Source of the DNA: a virus
Lineage: Duplodnaviria; Caudoviricetes
Direction: 5' to 3' (one strand)
Virus record (IMG/VR): IMGVR_UViG_3300048855_000044
Coordinates: 1 to 39,471 of that record
DNA length: 39,471 nucleotides
Made by a program: the position numbers and the translations under genes. The notes below the pieces were generated by a model. The model saw nothing but the letters and a program-made list of their open reading frames with translations, was not told the origin of the DNA and did not search any database. This document shows positions 34,657 through 39,471 of the stretch, piece by piece (position 1 is the first letter of the stretch; each line of letters opens with the position of its first letter).

Positions 34657-36714
34657 ATGCCCGCTCAACAGAAGAAAAACCCCTTCGACTTCAAGACGCA
34701 GTACGGCCTTGGCTTCAATCCGCAAGACGATGAGATCGTCGTGGACTTCTTCTGCGGTGGCGGCGGTGCCGGTACTGGGTTGGAAATGGGCCTCGGTCGC
34801 ACCGTGAACGTGGCAAAGAACCACAGCCCTGCTGCAATCAGCATGCACACCGTCAACCACCCCCACGCCAGGCACTTCACAACCGACGTGTTCGACGGCG
34901 ATCCGGATGAGGAATGCGGCGGTCGGGCCGTGGGCTGGTTCCACATGTCGCCGGACTGCACGCATCACAGCCAGGCCGCCGGCGGCCAGCCGCGCAAGCG
35001 CGAGATTCGGAACCTGTCGTGGATCGGTCTGAAGTGGGCCGGCAAGAAGAAGCCCCGGGTGATCAGCCTGGAGAACGTGAAGCAGATCCTGCAATGGGGT
35101 CCGCTGGTAGCGAAGCGCTGCAGGGCGACAGGCCGAGTCGTAAAGCTCGGCGGCGGGATCGCTGCACCTGGTGAGGTCGTGCCAGTTGGTCAGCAGTTTC
35201 TGGTTCCCGATCAGAAGCGCCGCGGCCATACATGGGCGGTGTTCGTGGCCGAGCTGCAGCGCCTGGGCTACGACGTCGAATGGCGAGTGATCAGAGCCTG
35301 CGACTTCGGCGCGCCGACCAGTCGGGAGCGCCTGTTCATGATCGCTCGTTGCGATGGCCAGCCGATTGTCTGGCCCGAGCCTACCCATGCGAAGAATCCA
35401 ACCAAGGGCCAGAAGCCCTGGCGCACTGCGGCGGAATGCATCGATTTCAGCGATCTGGGCAAGAGCATCTTCGGCCGCAAGAAGGAGCTGGCACCTGCCA
35501 CGCTGCGCCGGGTCGCCAAGGGCATGAAGAAGTTTGTCATCGACAACCCTGCCCCCTTCATCGTCCCGATCGCCAACTGGTCAGGTGAAGCAGTGCAGTC
35601 TGCACATGAGCCGCTGCGCACTGTTACCTCGTATCCGAAGGGAGGCGCCTTCTCGGTCGTCAGCCCGGTCATTGCACCTGCCACGCATCAGGGCAGCGAC
35701 CGGATTAACGATCCGATGGAGCCGCTTCCCACCGTTACCTGCGCCAACCGCGGCGAGCTGACGCTTGCCACCGCCAATTTGGTGCAGCTTGGCAACGGAG
35801 ACAAGCCTGGCGCTGCGCCAAGGTCGGCAGACATGGCCCAACCGCTCGGAACAATAATGGCGTCAGGCGGAAAATATGGCCTGTGTACGGCCCATCTTGT
35901 GAAGTTTCGATTCGATGACGCGGGCAAGCCGCTCGACGAACCGCTACCGACCATCACTAGCGGCGGAAATTACCAACGTCCAGCCGGCGCCGCCCATGCT
36001 ATGGGCGTCTCCACGCTGGTCATGGCTCAGATGAATGGCGGCTTCAACGCTACACACGCGAAAGGGATGGACGAGCCTATGACGACTGTGACCAACACCG
36101 GCAGTCAGCAGCAGTTGGTAACGGCGAACCTGGTTCACCTGCGTGGCAACTGTGATGCGCGCGATGTGGCGGACCCTCTACATACCATCAGCGCCGGCGG
36201 TCAGCACCATGGCTTGGTCACTGCGTTCATGGAGCGCCAGTTCGGTGCCAGTGTCGGGCAGAACCTGGACGAGCCAGCGCCGACCATCACGGCAGGCGGC
36301 GGCGGCAAGAGTTCTTTGCTCAGCCTGAAGCTGTCGCCCGAGCACGAACAAGGAGCCCTGCGTGTGGCCGCGTTCATGATCAGCTACTACGGCACCGAGA
36401 ACGTGAGCGGTGCGGGTGAGCCGGCCCCGACAATCACCACCAAGGACCGACTGGCCCTGGTAACTGTCATGGTCAAGGGCGCGCCCTATGTGATCGTCGA
36501 CATCTGCCTGCGGATGCTCAAACCGCATGAGCTATACAAGGCTCAAGGCTTCCCCGCCGACTACGTCATCACGCATGGCGCTGACGGAATGCCGTTCACG
36601 AAGACCCAGCAGGTACACATGTGCGGGAACAGCGTCAGCCCGCCACCCATGGCAGCACTCGCCCGGGCGAACGATCCATGGCGCATTGAGGCAGAACGGG
36701 CGGCTGCAGCATGA
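34657..36714 (+). CDS. Orphan C5-cytosine DNA methyltransferase
   Basis: Motifs I DFFCGGGG, IV SPDC, VI ENV, VIII RER and X GNSV. Confidence 0.92.
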   Translation: MPAQQKKNPFDFKTQYGLGFNPQDDEIVVDFFCGGGGAGTGLEMGLGRTVNVAKNHSPAAISMHTVNHPHARHFTTDVFDGDPDEECGGRAVGWFHMSPDCTHHSQAAGGQPRKREIRNLSWIGLKWAGKKKPRVISLENVKQILQWGPLVAKRCRATGRVVKLGGGIAAPGEVVPVGQQFLVPDQKRRGHTWAVFVAELQRLGYDVEWRVIRACDFGAPTSRERLFMIARCDGQPIVWPEPTHAKNPTKGQKPWRTAAECIDFSDLGKSIFGRKKELAPATLRRVAKGMKKFVIDNPAPFIVPIANWSGEAVQSAHEPLRTVTSYPKGGAFSVVSPVIAPATHQGSDRINDPMEPLPTVTCANRGELTLATANLVQLGNGDKPGAAPRSADMAQPLGTIMASGGKYGLCTAHLVKFRFDDAGKPLDEPLPTITSGGNYQRPAGAAHAMGVSTLVMAQMNGGFNATHAKGMDEPMTTVTNTGSQQQLVTANLVHLRGNCDARDVADPLHTISAGGQHHGLVTAFMERQFGASVGQNLDEPAPTITAGGGGKSSLLSLKLSPEHEQGALRVAAFMISYYGTENVSGAGEPAPTITTKDRLALVTVMVKGAPYVIVDICLRMLKPHELYKAQGFPADYVITHGADGMPFTKTQQVHMCGNSVSPPPMAALARANDPWRIEAERAAAA

Positions 36715-36878
36715 CCGCCCTCCGCCGTACAGCCGAAATCAAAGGGCCGGGCGCACCGCGTCTGCGCCTGGAACTCTCGGGATCATGCCAGTTCTGCACC
36801 CGCCACCGCTCCCACGGAAACCACCGGGCCTGCTCGAAGAAGCGTCAGGCCCTCTATGCGCAGCGCGCGAAGGAATAG
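36711..36878 (+). CDS. Small Cys/His zinc-finger-like protein (55 aa)
   Basis: Below the cutoff; ATGA coupling; CQFCTRHRSHGNHRACSKKRQ. Confidence 0.65.
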   Translation: MTALRRTAEIKGPGAPRLRLELSGSCQFCTRHRSHGNHRACSKKRQALYAQRAKE

Positions 36879-36880
36879 AT

Positions 36881-37504
36881 ATGAGTGAAATAAAGGAACG
36901 TCCGATCCTTTTCTCGGCCCCGATGGTGCGCGCCATCTTGGCAGGTCAGAAGACAGTCACTCGACGACAGGTGAAGAAGCAGGCAGCGCTGGATTGCTTG
37001 GCCGCTGGCTTTGAGCCGTCGTTTCTGACCCTGCCGGGAAACGCTGACCTTTGCCCATACGGCCAGCCCGGCGACCGGCTATGGCTGCGCGAGACGTTCA
37101 CCGACCTGCGCGGCACTGGCGTCGAGCACCGGCCAGATCCGAACGGCCAGATACAGCGTTACGCCTATGCAGCTGATTGCGCGCCAGGCTCGTACGCTGA
37201 CGAGGCGCGCAAAGAGTACGGCATCAAGTGGAAGCCATCGATTCACATGCCGCGCGCCGCCAGCCGCATCCTGCTGGAGATCACCGGCGTAAGAGTCGAG
37301 CGCCTGCAGGACATCAGCCGCAGCGACATCCGAGCCGAAGGTCTTGTATGTCCGCCCGAACTAGCCAGCGATGACGTATCGCCCAATTACCGTGACTGGT
37401 ATCCGTCGGCATGGCGAGAGCTATGGGAGTCCATCAACGGTATTGGCAGTTGGGAAGCCAACCCATGGGTTTGGGTGGTTGAGTTCAGGCGACTGGAGCC
37501 CTGA
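36881..37504 (+). CDS. ASCH/PUA-like phage protein
   Basis: Start reassigned to MSEIKERPILFSAPMVRAIL.GQKTVTRR; WKPSIHMPR and NPWVWVVEF motifs. Confidence 0.8.
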   Translation: MSEIKERPILFSAPMVRAILAGQKTVTRRQVKKQAALDCLAAGFEPSFLTLPGNADLCPYGQPGDRLWLRETFTDLRGTGVEHRPDPNGQIQRYAYAADCAPGSYADEARKEYGIKWKPSIHMPRAASRILLEITGVRVERLQDISRSDIRAEGLVCPPELASDDVSPNYRDWYPSAWRELWESINGIGSWEANPWVWVVEFRRLEP

Positions 37505-37761
37505 CCTAGCGGAAGCGGCAGCGAACGGTCGTAAGAGCTGGCACATGCTGAATCCCGATCGGTCAATTGGTCTATGTACGCGCAGCACTCTGCAGCCAAT
37601 GCTTGAACAGCTTCATCAGGGTCCACAAATCTGAATCTCCGGCACAGGATCAGTTTGGATTCACACCGTCTGGTATCAAAAAGCCTTAGCTCACTGAGAA
37701 TGCCATCAGGAACGTGCAGCAAACGCAACTCTACGTGTATGCCCCGGTAGGCAGCAGACAT
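37387..37761 (-). CDS. Antisense hypothetical protein
   Basis: MSAAYRGIHVEL...; fills a lower-GC gap; its 3' end overlaps the convergent gene; start uncertain. Confidence 0.4.
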   Translation of the reverse strand: MSAAYRGIHVELRLLHVPDGILSELRLFDTRRCESKLILCRRFRFVDPDEAVQALAAECCAYIDQLTDRDSACASSYDRSLPLPLGQGSSRLNSTTQTHGLASQLPIPLMDSHSSRHADGYQSR

Positions 37762-37890
37762 CACTGGGGAATTCCGAAACATAGCAATGCTCTGAAACTG
37801 ACTAGTTTTCTCAGGTATAGCCCACACGAGGGCACTATGCCAGTAGCAGGACCGTGGCACTCGTCGGACATCATCCAGTGATGCACGCAC

Positions 37891-38121
37891 TCAACTCCAG
37901 GGAATGATGCCTTCCACGCTAAAGAGGATTTGGCCCCGGTTCGTAACTCCCATACCTCCCACGAGCCTGCCGAGATACTGATCATGCGCCGAGTAAACTG
38001 AGCCTCGAACAATCCTGAACACCACGGCATTGTTGGACCAGACAAGTCCGTGCTCGTCCACATAGCCCAACTCGATTCCATTTCGGCCGATCACTCGGTT
38101 TACGGTTTTGATCACTTCCAT
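37891..38121 (-). CDS. Antisense small beta-repeat protein (76 aa)
   Basis: AAGGAG RBS; repeated G..LG(Y/R) beta-hairpin units. Confidence 0.6.
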   Translation of the reverse strand: MEVIKTVNRVIGRNGIELGYVDEHGLVWSNNAVVFRIVRGSVYSAHDQYLGRLVGGMGVTNRGQILFSVEGIIPWS

Positions 38122-38318
38122 GAACTTCTACTCCTTCCGCATCTGTAGACCGCACCGTCTCCGGCTGGCCGAATAGGAAGTCGCTGAGCTTCGTGCTCAA
38201 TGACAAATCATCAGTACATAAACTTTACACCTAGTTCACTGCCACTGCGGACAATTGCACCGCTTTGCCGACCAGAAACCACCTTTACCTATGCCCCCGA
38301 TCAACGGAGGGCGGAGCT

Positions 38319-38741
38319 ATGCCTATGGCAACTAAAAGTGCATCCCTGGCAGCGCCGATCCTGCCCCGGTTCATCCGGGCAGGTGAGGCCTACGGGTATC
38401 TCGGCATGTGCCGGGATGAATTCAACAAGACCGTGCGCCCGAACGTGCGGGAATTCCCAATCGGGAAACAGGGTGTCGGGTTCGATCGCTTGGAGCTGGA
38501 TGCGTGGGCAGATGCTTACGTCGAGAGCAAGGCGATTGAAAAGGCGGTCAATCAGGACAACAATCGGCCTCGCAGCGAGCGCCATGGCGACGCCACAGGA
38601 GTAACACCATGGCCCAAAAGGCAATCACCGGCCTCCAGAAAATGCCGAGCGGCATCTGGAAAATCGACAAGAAATACCGAGGAGAGCGAATTCAAGAAAG
38701 TACTGGAACTAGTGACCGGGCGGAAGCCGAGCAGTACCTGA
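38319..38741 (+). CDS. xis: Putative excisionase
   Basis: PRFIRAGEAYGYLGM...FDRLELDAWAD winged-helix pattern directly before the integrase; start at 38319 or 38325. Confidence 0.7.
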   Translation: MPMATKSASLAAPILPRFIRAGEAYGYLGMCRDEFNKTVRPNVREFPIGKQGVGFDRLELDAWADAYVESKAIEKAVNQDNNRPRSERHGDATGVTPWPKRQSPASRKCRAASGKSTRNTEESEFKKVLELVTGRKPSST

Positions 38742-39471
38742 TCCACCTGCTGGAGAAGCTTCGCCAGCGCAAAGTGTACGGCGTTCGGCAGGTCCGCACC
38801 TGGCGGGAGGCGTCGATACGCTTCCTGCTGGAAGTGAAGAATCAGCCATCAATCCATATATCAGCCACTTACATGGCACAGCTCGACCCGTTTATCGGGC
38901 ATCTGCCGGTCACCCACGTCGACGACGATGCGCTGGCTCCCTACATCCGATCCAAGCTGGAACCGGAAAACGGCAAGCCGGTCACGAACCGAACTGTGAA
39001 CATCGCGCTGCAACGCGTTATCAGGGTTCTGAATTTGTGTGCCAGGAAGTGGCGGGATGAGGAGCGGCGGCCGTGGCTTGACGTGGTGCCGATGATCTCG
39101 CTGCTCGATGAGAAGACGAACTGTCGCAAGCCCTACCCTTTGTCATGGGAAGAGCAATCGATTCTGTTCGCCGAGCTGCCGTCACATCTCCAGACCATGG
39201 CGATGTTCAAGGTCAACACCGGCTGCCGTGAGCAGGAAGTGTGCAAGCTGCAGTGGGATTGGGAAATCGCGGTACCGGAACTGGGAACGAGTGTGTTCCT
39301 GATCCCTGCGGGGTTTGGCGGCCGAAGCGAGAAAGCCGGCGTGAAGAACCGGGACGAGCGCTTGGTGGTGCTGAACGACGTGGCCAAGTCGGTAATCGAG
39401 CAGCAGCGCGGCAAGCATCCGCTGTTCGTGTTTCCGTTTGGCATGCCAGATGGCGAGGGTAATGCATCGAC
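38609..39471 (+). CDS. int: Tyrosine integrase, 5' part (runs off right edge)
   Basis: Not in the ORF track. AGGAG RBS, MAQKAITGLQKMPSGIWKID...; catalytic NTGCREQEV motif; open to the edge. Confidence 0.9.
   Translation, partial: MAQKAITGLQKMPSGIWKIDKKYRGERIQESTGTSDRAEAEQYLIHLLEKLRQRKVYGVRQVRTWREASIRFLLEVKNQPSIHISATYMAQLDPFIGHLPVTHVDDDALAPYIRSKLEPENGKPVTNRTVNIALQRVIRVLNLCARKWRDEERRPWLDVVPMISLLDEKTNCRKPYPLSWEEQSILFAELPSHLQTMAMFKVNTGCREQEVCKLQWDWEIAVPELGTSVFLIPAGFGGRSEKAGVKNRDERLVVLNDVAKSVIEQQRGKHPLFVFPFGMPDGEGNAS

Larger units (their letters stand above)
1..39471. mobile_element. Temperate phage/prophage with lambdoid early region and podovirus-like morphogenesis genes
   Basis: Continuous int-xis-recombination-cI/cro-replication-lysis-packaging-head-tail gene order; no host genes or att sites seen in the window. 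Confidence 0.95.

Noticed and set aside
30733-35388. Long - strand ORFs 30733..31557, 33252..33833 and 34600..35388
   Set aside because: Shadows of erf, the 33486 gene and the methyltransferase.
36527-36880. 118-aa N-terminal extension of the ASCH-like ORF
   Set aside because: It overlaps the methyltransferase end and a better-supported, coupled 55-aa gene; the family motif starts at 36881.
1-39471. CRISPR array, diversity-generating retroelement, retron, IS element or att site
   Set aside because: No regularly spaced repeats, reverse transcriptase or transposase motifs were seen; both phage ends lie outside the window.

Overview
An almost complete temperate phage or prophage of about 60% GC, with a gene content typical of Pseudomonas prophages. 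It is truncated at both ends: a virion/ejection-type gene runs off the left edge and the tyrosine integrase runs off the right edge. The minus strand from about 26.1 kb leftwards carries cro, two small RHH-like regulators, an antirepressor, a DUF1376 initiator with internal iterons, a lambda-P-like loader, nin-region genes, two holin-like genes, terS, an accessory island, terL, portal, scaffold, an N4-gp56/DUF4043-type capsid and a podovirus-like (F116/933W-style) tail block. The plus strand from about 26.2 kb carries cI, a moron, a highly structured PL leader, ERF plus a lambda-type exonuclease, a C5 DNA methyltransferase, xis and int. The strongest unexplained signal is a set of four identically built late promoters (TTGnnn-N9-AGTCACA-TAnnnT, 16-bp spacer) in a window with no recognisable Q antiterminator, which suggests a dedicated late-activator system. 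Other notable features are a DUF1654-like gene apparently under both LexA and CI control, an operator-controlled cassette of two tail-anchored peptides plus an XRE regulator between terS and terL, long structured leaders, and a series of antisense mini-genes in the early-left operon. All family assignments come from motif recognition by eye, not from database searches.
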